From contig JAPLXR010000008.1 of the NCBI GenBank assembly GCA_026395955.1, positions 5,179 to 69,178 on the forward strand: 64,000 nt of DNA, read 5' to 3'. Position numbers and translations under genes: made by a program. This document shows, one piece after another, positions 10,688 through 20,311 of this stretch (position 1 is its first letter; the number at the start of each line of letters is the position of its first letter). The notes below the pieces were generated by a model. That model saw only the letters and a program-made list of their open reading frames with translations. It was not told where the DNA came from and ran no database searches. Source of the stretch: Candidatus Nomurabacteria bacterium. Its GTDB lineage: Bacteria > Patescibacteriota > Minisyncoccia > Phycocordibacterales > UBA9973.

Positions 10688-10822
10688 TTAAATAATACTA
10701 TGAAACATACCAGCGAACCAATTGAAAATACCAGTGAGCGTTAAACCAAAATAATGCATTAGGAATACTACTACAACGATAAATATTATTAATTGGAGGA
10801 AACCACCTTGTTGATTTTTCAT
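10688..10822 (-). CDS. possible 44-aa hydrophobic miniprotein (not in ORF track)
   Basis: The reverse complement reads ATG...MKNQQGGFLQLIIFIVVVVFLMHYFGLTLTGIFNWFAGMFHSII*. It lies between annotated genes. Confidence 0.3.
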   Translation of the reverse strand: MKNQQGGFLQLIIFIVVVVFLMHYFGLTLTGIFNWFAGMFHSII

Positions 10823-10860
10823 ATGATTAAATTTTAACATATTTTTAATATATAAGACAA

Positions 10861-12156
10861 TTATTTATATGATGGTAAATAATACATAGGATCTAAATAG
10901 GCATTAATAGCTGCTATTGGTTGAGTTAGATTTTTGCCAGGACAAGATTTACTAGGTAAAGTTTTCATTTCTACTGCATCTTTTGGATACATTGAAACAT
11001 GTAAATGTGGGCCGGTAGAATAACCCGAATTACCACTATAACCTACTACTTCACCTCTCGACACCCTCTCTCCTATTGAAACTTTTATTAAAGAAAGGTG
11101 GCCATAAGTACTAGCCAAACCATTATCATATTTTATTAGAATTAGTTTGCCGAAAGATACACCTTTACATTGTAGATCTGTATCGTTTGTACCTGCTACT
11201 ACACCATCAGCCATAGCTTTGACTGGAGTACCAATAGCTGCACGAAAATCAGTTCCATTGTGTGTTCCACTTGCATACAAACGTGTTGAACCTTCTGTTT
11301 TTCCAAACATTTGTGTTACATAAACATTATCAAGAGGCCAAGAAAGAACACCTTTCCCTGGTAATTTTTTTGGATCGAGAATGTATTTTAATTGAGATTC
11401 ATAATTTCTAATATCAGCTTCAAATGCATCTTTTTTTGCTAATCTATCTTTTAATAAGATTTGATAATTAGCTTCATTATTTTTTGTGTCAGCTAAAAGT
11501 TTCTTTTTTTCTGCTGTATTTTGATCTACTATTTTTTTTTGATCAGCAAGTTTTGTTTTTAGTGCTACTAGTTCATTTCTAGCATCAGTGGTAACTTTTT
11601 TAGTGTCTTCTAAATCATTTTTTGTTTTTTGTAATTCTTTTGTTCTAGTCCTTATTTTTTCTTGAATTGTTGAAATATTATCTATATCATTCCAAATATC
11701 AGAAAAATTATTTTCTGATATTAATATTTCTGGTATTGAATTTAATTCAACTTCATTTATGTTTTTTAATTCTAATTTTATAGCTTCAGTATTATTTGTT
11801 ATAGAATCTTGCTTGTCTCCAATCTGAGAACTTAAAGTATTTATTTTAGAATTTGTATTTTCAATCTTTTTTTGAGTTACAGAAATATTTGCAGTAAGTT
11901 GTTTTTTACTTAAATCTAGTTGTTGTAAAGATACATTTAATGAATCTTTTTGTTTACTTAAATCATTTAATTGGTTATTAAATGATTTAATCTCTTTTTC
12001 TAGATTAGCTATGTCGTTGTTACGTTGATTAATTTGATTTTGTAAATCTTCAGCTGTTTGAGCGTATATTTGTATGTTTGTGCATACAAAAAACCCTAAA
12101 ATAATAAAACTGAATATTAATTTATAAAGCTTTTTGTAATCTAGATAATGTTTCAT
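10861..12156 (-). CDS. M23 family peptidase with N-terminal coiled coil (EnvC/LytM-like)
   Basis: Signal peptide, long coiled coil, then HNGTDF...GHLSLI...GPHLH M23 motifs. Confidence 0.85.
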   Translation of the reverse strand: MKHYLDYKKLYKLIFSFIILGFFVCTNIQIYAQTAEDLQNQINQRNNDIANLEKEIKSFNNQLNDLSKQKDSLNVSLQQLDLSKKQLTANISVTQKKIENTNSKINTLSSQIGDKQDSITNNTEAIKLELKNINEVELNSIPEILISENNFSDIWNDIDNISTIQEKIRTRTKELQKTKNDLEDTKKVTTDARNELVALKTKLADQKKIVDQNTAEKKKLLADTKNNEANYQILLKDRLAKKDAFEADIRNYESQLKYILDPKKLPGKGVLSWPLDNVYVTQMFGKTEGSTRLYASGTHNGTDFRAAIGTPVKAMADGVVAGTNDTDLQCKGVSFGKLILIKYDNGLASTYGHLSLIKVSIGERVSRGEVVGYSGNSGYSTGPHLHVSMYPKDAVEMKTLPSKSCPGKNLTQPIAAINAYLDPMYYLPSYK

Positions 12157-13459
12157 TTTTTCCTAAAATTTCTGAAATAATAAAAGGATCTGGTGACTTA
12201 TCTAACCCTGATAAAGCAAAACGTATTGGGTGTAATAATTCACCTCTGCTAGATAATGAATCGGCTATTTTCATCAATACTTCTTTTGTGTTTTCTTTCG
12301 TAAAATTATTTTCTGGTATTTCTTTTAAAGCTGAAATAGCTGAATTTATATTTGCATTTGTTTGTTCAGCTGTTGTGTTTTTATAGATTAATTTTGCTTT
12401 ATCATAAATAGGTTCTGTAAAGAAAAAATTATACTCCCCTATTTCAAAATGTTCTTTAATTTGACCAAAATGAGTAATTCTATCTATTAAAATATTAGAC
12501 ATTTTTTGAATTCTTTCGTTATTAAATTCTGGAAGATTTTTTACATTATCTGGAATAAAATTTAAAATAAATTCCATTTTTTTGTTTTCAGGTAATAATT
12601 TGATGTGTTCTTTGTTGACCCATTCTAGTTTTTCAGGATTAAATATAGCTCCTGGTTTTTGCATTCTTTCTAAAGAAAATTCTTGAATTAATTCATCTAA
12701 TGTAAAAATTTCTTTTTCTCCTCCTGGATTCCATCCTAAAAATGCCATAAAGTTTATCAAACCTTGTGGTAGATATCCTTCATCTTTATATTCTAGAGAT
12801 GGACGAACTAATGGATCACGTTTTGAAAGTTTAGCTCTTTCTTCGTTTAAAATTACTGAACCATGAGCATATACAGGGCGTGGAGCACCGATAGCTTCTT
12901 GAATTAATATCTGTCTTGGAGTATTTGAAACGTGTTCTTGTCCACGAATGATGTGTGTAATATTCATTTCAAAATCATCTACTACAACAGTAAAATGATA
13001 AAGTGGGCTTTCTATGTCACGAGCGATAATAAAATCACCCAACTCGGTAGTATTAAAAGATAATTCTCCTAAAACTTCATCACGAAAAGTAACTATTTTG
13101 TTTGGGTTTCTAAAACGAATGACTTCACTCCTTTGTCCTTCTTCTTTCACTTCTTCTTTGGAAATATAAATTTTATCTTCTTCTAAAAGTTTGTGTAAAT
13201 ATTTTTTATAAATTTCTGTGCGTTCTGATTGACGGTAATATTCATCATATTCTAAACCCAGCCATTTAAAAACATCTAAGAAATAATCTTCGTATTCTTT
13301 TTTAGAACGAACAGGATCTGTGTCTTCACATCTTAGAATGAATTTACCGTTATATTTTCTAGCATAAAGGTAATTATAAAGAGCAGAACGGATACCTCCA
13401 ACATGGAATTTACCTGTAGGGCTCGGTGCGAACCTAGTTATGACTTTTTGTTCTGACAT
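12122..13459 (-). CDS. gltX: glutamyl-tRNA synthetase (short form, possibly non-discriminating)
   Basis: HVGG class-I (HIGH-type) motif and KLSKRD (KMSKS). 445 aa. Overlaps the downstream M23 gene by 35 nt. Confidence 0.9.
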   Translation of the reverse strand: MSEQKVITRFAPSPTGKFHVGGIRSALYNYLYARKYNGKFILRCEDTDPVRSKKEYEDYFLDVFKWLGLEYDEYYRQSERTEIYKKYLHKLLEEDKIYISKEEVKEEGQRSEVIRFRNPNKIVTFRDEVLGELSFNTTELGDFIIARDIESPLYHFTVVVDDFEMNITHIIRGQEHVSNTPRQILIQEAIGAPRPVYAHGSVILNEERAKLSKRDPLVRPSLEYKDEGYLPQGLINFMAFLGWNPGGEKEIFTLDELIQEFSLERMQKPGAIFNPEKLEWVNKEHIKLLPENKKMEFILNFIPDNVKNLPEFNNERIQKMSNILIDRITHFGQIKEHFEIGEYNFFFTEPIYDKAKLIYKNTTAEQTNANINSAISALKEIPENNFTKENTKEVLMKIADSLSSRGELLHPIRFALSGLDKSPDPFIISEILGKNETLSRLQKAL

Positions 13460-13498
13460 TTAGATAATATAACATTTTTTGTTATATTTTAAAAGTTT

Positions 13499-14629
13499 TT
13501 ATTTTTCGTGTTTCAGTGCAATATCAACAATAGCTTTTGCTATTTTTTCTCCAGCATCTATTTTGTTGAAATTTTTAGCACTCTCTGCCATTCTTTCATA
13601 AGTAATTTTGTCTCCTAAAATTCTTTCTATTTCTGCAACTAAAATATTTGCAGTCATATTCATTTCTTCTATTACACTACAAGCACCAGCGCGAGCGTAA
13701 TTGAAAGCATTTTTCTTTTGATGATCCATATTTGTTTTTGTAATTGGAATTAAAATAGAAGGAATTCCCCAAGTAGATATTTCAAAAAGACCTGATCCTG
13801 CACGAGAAACTATAATACTAGCTACTCCAGCAGACATCTTTAATTCAAGATTATTCAAGAATGCTTTTTTCTGATATCTAGATTTATTTACATTATTAGC
13901 TAATACAACTTCTGATCTTTCGTCTACCATTTTAAAATTTCTAACTCCTGTTTGGTGTATAACTTGAAAATTTTCGACTAGTCTAGGTAAGGCATCTAAA
14001 ATAACATTATTTATTAATTCAGCTCCTTGTGAACCACCTAGAATTACAACAACTGGAATATTGGATTCCAATTTCCAATACTGCAAAGCTTCAGCTCTAG
14101 AAGTTTTTTGTGTAATTTCTGATCTTATTGGTTGACCTGTCCAAGCTGTTTTATCTTTTGGAAAATAAAGTCCAGCTTCTTCAAAAGAAATAGCTATTTT
14201 TTTAGCAAATCTTCCAGCCCAAAGATTTACACGTCCTGGCGCAGAGTCTGATTCATGAATTACTACAGGAATATTTAATATTCTAGCTGCTACTAGTGTT
14301 GGAAATGAAGCATACCCACCTTTACCAAAAATAACATCTGGATATATTGAATATATTTTATATGTTGCAGAAAAAATTGCTAAAAAAGTTTTAATCATAT
14401 CAGAAAAATTTTTCATAGAAAAATAAGTTCTCATTTTCCCTGTTTTTATTTCTTCATAGATTAAACCATTTTCAAACAAAGCCTCTTTATCATAAGGACT
14501 ATCAGAAATATAATACAATTTTGCATTTAGTATTTTTTCTTTATCTATTATTTTGTTTACATTTTGAGCAACAGCAATTATCGGATAAAAATGCCCACCT
14601 GTACCACCACCTGTAAAAACTATTTTCAT
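13499..14629 (-). CDS. murG: undecaprenyldiphospho-muramoylpentapeptide beta-N-acetylglucosaminyltransferase
   Basis: MKIVFTGGGTGGHFYP N-terminal signature. Confidence 0.9.
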   Translation of the reverse strand: MKIVFTGGGTGGHFYPIIAVAQNVNKIIDKEKILNAKLYYISDSPYDKEALFENGLIYEEIKTGKMRTYFSMKNFSDMIKTFLAIFSATYKIYSIYPDVIFGKGGYASFPTLVAARILNIPVVIHESDSAPGRVNLWAGRFAKKIAISFEEAGLYFPKDKTAWTGQPIRSEITQKTSRAEALQYWKLESNIPVVVILGGSQGAELINNVILDALPRLVENFQVIHQTGVRNFKMVDERSEVVLANNVNKSRYQKKAFLNNLELKMSAGVASIIVSRAGSGLFEISTWGIPSILIPITKTNMDHQKKNAFNYARAGACSVIEEMNMTANILVAEIERILGDKITYERMAESAKNFNKIDAGEKIAKAIVDIALKHEK

Positions 14630-14638
14630 ATATTGTAA

Positions 14639-15745
14639 TTATTTATTATTTTCTCGTTGTAATTTTGAAACTTGCAATACTATTCCTATTGCCATCAAAT
14701 CTATCATAAATGAAGTCCCTCCCTGACTCATAAATACCAATGGTACTCCGGTCAAAGGAAATACTCCTGTAATAGAAGCAATATTCATAAATGATTGTGC
14801 TGTGATAAGTATAACAATTCCAGAGACTAAAAGTCTACCAAAAGGATCTGGGCTACGGTTTGCAATACGAAGCCCACGAAAAGCAAAAAGTACATAGAGA
14901 AATATAATACTCACACTACCTACAAATCCGAGTTCTTCTCCTATAACTGCAAAAATAGAATCCCCTTGTGGTTCTGGTAAATAGCTAAATTTTTGAATAC
15001 TTTGTCCATAACCTCTACCAAAAACTCCACCTGAACCAATAGCAATAAGTCCTTGTTGTAGTTGATAAGACGAACCTTGTGAATCTTCTGATGGATGTAT
15101 AAAAGTATTTACACGAGCTTTTAAATAAGGAGTGAAAAATACCAACCCACTTAATAGTAAGGCAATAGATAAACCAATACCTACGATATATTTCCATGAT
15201 GCTCCAGAAATAAAAAGCATTGATACTCCTGTTATGAAAATCAAAATAAAACTTTTTGTGTCTGGTTGTTTAAATAATACTGCAGCAATAATCGCGAGCA
15301 TTATTCCAAGTGGTAACATCCCATATTTAAAGTCTTCAACTTTATTTTTTGCCCAAGCTAACCATGCTGCAAAGTAAATAACAAAAGAAAATTTTAGAAT
15401 TTCACTTGGTTGAAAAGATATTGGACCGAGGGCTATCCACCTTTGTGCTCCTCCATGTTTGAATCCTAAATGTGGAACGAAAACCATGGCTGTTAGAATA
15501 ATCGCTCCTAAAAAAATATAGAATGCATTTTTACGCCAAAATTTATATGGTATTTTTAAACAAAAAATCATACCGATAGTACCAAAACCGAGACCCAGTA
15601 TTAGTTGACTTACAAGTACAGAATAAAAAGTGTGTTGATTTTTTACTAAAATTCCAAGTGAAGCGGAAATAAACATTGCTACTCCTATGATAAGTAGAGC
15701 AATAATTATTCCTAAGAAAAATTTATCTATTTTCTTTTCTTTCAT
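14639..15745 (-). CDS. ftsW: SEDS-family peptidoglycan glycosyltransferase (FtsW/RodA)
   Basis: 10-TM SEDS pattern. Positioned between mraY and murG as in dcw clusters. Confidence 0.85.
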   Translation of the reverse strand: MKEKKIDKFFLGIIIALLIIGVAMFISASLGILVKNQHTFYSVLVSQLILGLGFGTIGMIFCLKIPYKFWRKNAFYIFLGAIILTAMVFVPHLGFKHGGAQRWIALGPISFQPSEILKFSFVIYFAAWLAWAKNKVEDFKYGMLPLGIMLAIIAAVLFKQPDTKSFILIFITGVSMLFISGASWKYIVGIGLSIALLLSGLVFFTPYLKARVNTFIHPSEDSQGSSYQLQQGLIAIGSGGVFGRGYGQSIQKFSYLPEPQGDSIFAVIGEELGFVGSVSIIFLYVLFAFRGLRIANRSPDPFGRLLVSGIVILITAQSFMNIASITGVFPLTGVPLVFMSQGGTSFMIDLMAIGIVLQVSKLQRENNK

Positions 15746-15746
15746 T

Positions 15747-16805
15747 TTAACTTATCATAGCTAAAATTATTCCAATAATTGCAAAAATTACAGATAAAAC
15801 CCAATAACGCATAGTTACTTTATAGCTAGGCCAACCTAGACTTTCAAAATGATGATGAAGTGGTGCAACTCTAAATATTTTCTTACCAAAATATTTTTTA
15901 GATATTATTTGAATAGTTGAAGATAAAGATGTTATAACTAAAAGAAAAGCAATTATAGGTAAAATTAAAACAGTATTAGTAAGGAAAGCCAGGACTGCTA
16001 TAACTATAGTTAATGGCATTATCCCTGTTTCTCCCATATAAAATCGTGCTGGCGGAATATTGAACCATAAGAAGGCTAATATTGCTCCTGTTACAACCCC
16101 ACAAAATGCTGCTATATCTATCTGATTGTGCAATATCCCGATAAATGAATATGATGCAAAAATAGAAGCGAGTACTCCGCCTGAAAGTCCATCTAATCCA
16201 TCTATTATTCCGCCAGAAAAAGACCCAAGCATTACTAAAATAACAAAAGGAATTATTAATAATCCTAACTCCCAAGATCCGCCGAATGGTATATGTATAG
16301 AATGAATTCCTAATTTAAAGAAAAACCAATATCCTGATAAAAGACCAAATAAAGTCACTATTGAAAGTTTTAATTTTGTATACCAATTAGAATCCCTTGT
16401 AATATTTGATTTGCCATTTATTTCTAGTAAATCATCTATCAGTCCTAGAATTGAACCCAATATAAATAAAGTAAAAGGGATAAAAGTTTGAGACCTACTT
16501 AAAAAATTTAATTTAGCGAATGAATCGTTTTGAAAAATAATTGAAAGTATAAAGAATAGTAATGTTGTAAATAAAACTGAAACCCAAATTATTATTCCTC
16601 CTACGCATGGCGTAGATGCTTCACCTTTTTCTTTTTTTTCATGAATTGCTTGAAAAGCTAAAGACATATCATCTTCTTTGTTTCGAAGTTTTTTCTTCCA
16701 CATTTTATATTTAAAAAAATAATGTGTTGCAAATGGTGTGAAAAAAATACCAAATACGAATGCTATTGTTGTAGGTAAAAATATTTTAATTAAGTTTGTA
16801 ATCAT
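15747..16805 (-). CDS. mraY: phospho-N-acetylmuramoyl-pentapeptide transferase
   Basis: Polytopic. GLIDD and other MraY Asp motifs. Confidence 0.9.
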   Translation of the reverse strand: MITNLIKIFLPTTIAFVFGIFFTPFATHYFFKYKMWKKKLRNKEDDMSLAFQAIHEKKEKGEASTPCVGGIIIWVSVLFTTLLFFILSIIFQNDSFAKLNFLSRSQTFIPFTLFILGSILGLIDDLLEINGKSNITRDSNWYTKLKLSIVTLFGLLSGYWFFFKLGIHSIHIPFGGSWELGLLIIPFVILVMLGSFSGGIIDGLDGLSGGVLASIFASYSFIGILHNQIDIAAFCGVVTGAILAFLWFNIPPARFYMGETGIMPLTIVIAVLAFLTNTVLILPIIAFLLVITSLSSTIQIISKKYFGKKIFRVAPLHHHFESLGWPSYKVTMRYWVLSVIFAIIGIILAMIS

Positions 16806-16822
16806 AAAAATAGTATATCAAA

Positions 16823-17377
16823 TTATATTGATTCTGACTCGTTTTCTTTTTCAAAATTTTGAATTTCTGTTTCTATCTTAGGATTTATTTCCGTAAAATT
16901 TGGCAATTCAGCTACTGATTTTATTCCCATAAATGAAAGTAATTCAAAAGTTGGTTTATAGATGTATTTTCTATTATCTTTTGGATCAGTTAATTTTTCG
17001 ATAAGTCCACGAATAGAAAGTGCTCGTAAGATAAAGCTTGAATTTACTCCTCTGATATAGTCTATTTCAGAGCGACTAATACCATTCTTGTATAAAATTA
17101 TTGAAAGTGTTTCTAGACTTGATTTTGAAAGGTCTTTGTTGAGTTCTTCTTTTTGTAATTTTTCTATTAATTCAGATATTTCAGGATTAGTACCTAGATT
17201 TATTTCATCTTCTTTTACTGATAAAACTATTCCCCTATTTTGTAATCTCGTTGATAGATTTATCACGGCTTCTTTTGTTTCTTCTTTTGAAACTTTTAAA
17301 AGACTGCTCAAATTATGTATTGATACAGGTTCACCTTTGAAAAAAAGTATTGCTTCTATTTTTGCTTCTAAGTCCAT
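16823..17377 (-). CDS. scpB: segregation and condensation protein B
   Basis: IEAILFFKGEPVSI ScpB N-terminal wHTH. Confidence 0.85.
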   Translation of the reverse strand: MDLEAKIEAILFFKGEPVSIHNLSSLLKVSKEETKEAVINLSTRLQNRGIVLSVKEDEINLGTNPEISELIEKLQKEELNKDLSKSSLETLSIILYKNGISRSEIDYIRGVNSSFILRALSIRGLIEKLTDPKDNRKYIYKPTFELLSFMGIKSVAELPNFTEINPKIETEIQNFEKENESESI

Positions 17378-17378
17378 A

Positions 17379-18149
17379 TTATAAATTATTTTCGTTAGCT
17401 ATTAATGTTTCTTTTTCTATTATCATATCTTGAAAATTTTCATTTTGAATTACATTTACCACACCTTGCCTTACCATTTCAAGCATAGCAAGAAATCCAA
17501 CAATTACAACCACTCTCTCCTCTTTTGTAAAAGCTCTCCTTTCTCCATTATGTCCTGTAAATTCTTTGAAATTTAATTGTAATGAATTTTGAATTCTTTG
17601 AGTCAGATCATCTATCATTTCTTCAATACTGATGACTTTCTTTACTTCTACCTCGTGCAATGCAACCTTTTTAGGAATTTTTTCTAAAGCTTCTGATACC
17701 AATGTATACATTGTCTGTATATCTATATGTATATCAGGTACAAATATTTCTTTTTCAAGTTTCCTCTCGAGGGGAGAGAAAATAATATTTTTTCCAAATT
17801 GTTCTTTTACATTTATTGCTAATTTAGAAAAAACTTCGTACAAACGAAGTCTATCTTCCAAATTCACTATCTCCCCTTCTTCTTCAGAAGTTAAATTCAT
17901 GTTTGGAAGGAGTGATTTTGATTTGATTAAAATTAGGGTTGCCGCAACAACTACGAAATTGGAAATTTCAGCTGGGCTTAAATTGTCTAACTTATTAATA
18001 TAGTTTATATAGTCTTCGGTAACTTGAGCGATAGATATTTCGTTCACGAAAAGTTTCCTCGATTCAATCAAGCTTAAAAGCAGTCCAAAAGGACCTTCAA
18101 AACCTGTAGTTTTAACTATATAAGAATTTTCTGAGATTTCCTCTTCCAT
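17379..18149 (-). CDS. scpA: segregation and condensation protein A
   Basis: FEGPFGLLLSLIESRKL ScpA motif. Immediately upstream of scpB. Confidence 0.85.
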   Translation of the reverse strand: MEEEISENSYIVKTTGFEGPFGLLLSLIESRKLFVNEISIAQVTEDYINYINKLDNLSPAEISNFVVVAATLILIKSKSLLPNMNLTSEEEGEIVNLEDRLRLYEVFSKLAINVKEQFGKNIIFSPLERKLEKEIFVPDIHIDIQTMYTLVSEALEKIPKKVALHEVEVKKVISIEEMIDDLTQRIQNSLQLNFKEFTGHNGERRAFTKEERVVVIVGFLAMLEMVRQGVVNVIQNENFQDMIIEKETLIANENNL

Positions 18150-18189
18150 CCTTATATAATAGCATTTTTTATTTTTTAATAAAAATTTA

Positions 18190-19575
18190 CTATTTTTTTA
18201 ATTGTATGCCAAGTTCTTTGAGTTGTTTATCGGATGCAAGAGAAGGAGCACCCATCATCAAATCTTTACCTTCACCAGTTTTTGGGAAAGCAATTACTTC
18301 ACGAATATTTGGTTCATTTTGAAGCAACATAACAATACGGTCAATTCCTTGTGCACAGCCTCCGTGTGGTGGAGCACCGTATTCAAACGCTTCGAGCATG
18401 TGACCAAAACGAGCTTCGATGAGTTCTTTTGAAAGTCCTAATAATTCAAAAATTTTATTTTGTAATTCTCTTTGGTGAATACGAATACTTCCTCCGCCGA
18501 GTTCATAACCATTTAGAACGATATCATAAGCGTTTGCACGAGCAGAAAGCGGATCAGTCTCGAGTAAGTGCGCATCTTCAGCTTTTGGTGAAGTAAATGG
18601 ATGGTGCACTGCTTGCACTCCACCTTCAGAATCTTTTTCAAACATTGGGAAATCTACTACCCAGCAGAATGCGAGTAAGTTTGAATCTTCTTTGTTTTCA
18701 CGAAGGTCTGGTTTGTCATTTCCGTATTTTTCCATTGATTCTGCATAAGTAAGACGTGGAAATGGAATTTGTTGAATTTTCTTTTCTGGATAAACAGTTT
18801 GCACCATTTTAATAAACATTTCTTCGGTATAAGAAATAATTTCTTCTTGTGTTATAAAAGACATCTCGTAGTCGAGTTGAGTGAACTCTGGTTGGCGGTC
18901 ACCACGAGTATCTTCATCACGCATACATTTTGCAATTTGAAAATATTTTTCTAAACCACCCACCATTGCGAGCTGTTTGAATTGTTGTGGTGATTGTGGA
19001 AGCACATAAAAGTTTCCTGGTTCAAGTCGAGATGGTACTAAGTATTCTCGAGAACCTTCAGGTGTCCCTTTTGTCATAATCGGAGTTTCAATATCAAGAA
19101 ATCCATTTTCATGCATGTAGTTACGGAAAAATGTCACGATCTTGTCACGCATACGTAAGTTTTTCTGCATTCGTTCTGTACGAAGATCGAGGTATTTATA
19201 TTTCATGCGAAGATCTTCATTAATTCCACTTGTATTTTCATTTACTTGGAATGGTGGAGTTTTTGCTTCATTTAAAACTTCAATAGTTAAAACTTCGAGT
19301 TCTACATCACCATTTACAACTCCAATTTTTATATTCTTTTCAGGGCGAGCGTTTACTTTTGCATTAATTTTCAAAACCCATTCAGGACGGATTTCTTTGG
19401 CTAAAGTGATGGCTTCACTATTTGGCAAAGTAACACATTGTATTTTCCCAGTCATATCACGCATATCGAAAAAGACCATTTTCCCTTGGTCTCGACGGAT
19501 ATCTACCCATCCAGCAATGATAACTTCTTCCCCTACTTTTGTATTTAAATCTTTAATATATGTTCTATTTTGCAT
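18190..19575 (-). CDS. aspS: aspartyl-tRNA synthetase, short (archaeal/type-2, likely non-discriminating)
   Basis: Class II. OB-fold N-domain, QSPQQFKQL, GGGSIRIH and PPHGG motifs. 461 aa. Confidence 0.75.
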   Translation of the reverse strand: MQNRTYIKDLNTKVGEEVIIAGWVDIRRDQGKMVFFDMRDMTGKIQCVTLPNSEAITLAKEIRPEWVLKINAKVNARPEKNIKIGVVNGDVELEVLTIEVLNEAKTPPFQVNENTSGINEDLRMKYKYLDLRTERMQKNLRMRDKIVTFFRNYMHENGFLDIETPIMTKGTPEGSREYLVPSRLEPGNFYVLPQSPQQFKQLAMVGGLEKYFQIAKCMRDEDTRGDRQPEFTQLDYEMSFITQEEIISYTEEMFIKMVQTVYPEKKIQQIPFPRLTYAESMEKYGNDKPDLRENKEDSNLLAFCWVVDFPMFEKDSEGGVQAVHHPFTSPKAEDAHLLETDPLSARANAYDIVLNGYELGGGSIRIHQRELQNKIFELLGLSKELIEARFGHMLEAFEYGAPPHGGCAQGIDRIVMLLQNEPNIREVIAFPKTGEGKDLMMGAPSLASDKQLKELGIQLKK

Positions 19576-19602
19576 GTTTAAACTTTATCATAATTTGGCA
19601 AA

Positions 19603-19630
19603 ATAAAAAAGCCTCTCATTACTGAAAGGC
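19603..19630 (-). terminator. intrinsic terminator after GNAT gene
   Basis: Minus-strand GCCTTTCA-gtaa-TGAGAGGC (one mismatch) followed by U6. Confidence 0.45.
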
Positions 19631-19636
19631 TTTAGG

Positions 19637-20236
19637 CTATTTGCCGTTGCATTTATGGTCTTCTGTTTTATTATTTATTTCTTTTTTTACAGGACAAAGT
19701 ATTAAACTCCATATTTCTGTACTTATAAATTTTCCATTGATGTATTTATCATACTCCATTGTTCCTTCATATTTAAAACCAAGTTTTTTTGGAATAGCTT
19801 TGCTTTCTTCATTTTCAGTATTAATCATTATAACTATACGATGCAAGTTATATTTTTCTCTACCGATTTCAATAATTTTTTGAACTGCCTTAGTAACAAT
19901 ACCTCTTCCTTCATATTCTTCAGATATCCAGTATTCTATTTCACCTTTTTTATGTGTTTGGTTAATACGATGAAAACCTCCAGAGCCAATCATTTTGTCT
20001 TTGAAATAAATTCCAAAATCGCAACTAGTTCCTCCTTCATATCCTATTAAGTATTTATGTGCAAATTCTTTAATATAAGAAAAAGCATTTGCTTTGTTTA
20101 TCCAATATAAAAACTTACCTAGATGTTCTTTGTTATTTTGAATTAAATTAAAAAGCTCCTCGGCTTCATTCTCTGTTCTGATTCTTAATTCAATATCAGA
20201 ATCTACTTTTACTACATAAGGTGATTTTCCTTGCAT
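19637..20236 (-). CDS. GNAT N-acetyltransferase, RimJ/RimL-like
   Basis: GNAT motif A (RGIVTKAVQKIIEIGREKYNLHRIVI) and RimJ/L-like layout. Confidence 0.75.
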   Translation of the reverse strand: MQGKSPYVVKVDSDIELRIRTENEAEELFNLIQNNKEHLGKFLYWINKANAFSYIKEFAHKYLIGYEGGTSCDFGIYFKDKMIGSGGFHRINQTHKKGEIEYWISEEYEGRGIVTKAVQKIIEIGREKYNLHRIVIMINTENEESKAIPKKLGFKYEGTMEYDKYINGKFISTEIWSLILCPVKKEINNKTEDHKCNGK

Positions 20237-20311
20237 ATTTATTTGTAATTTACAATTATATTTTATTATAATGTAACATTTTTAATTAAATATGTCAAAA
20301 ATCTTTTTTGA

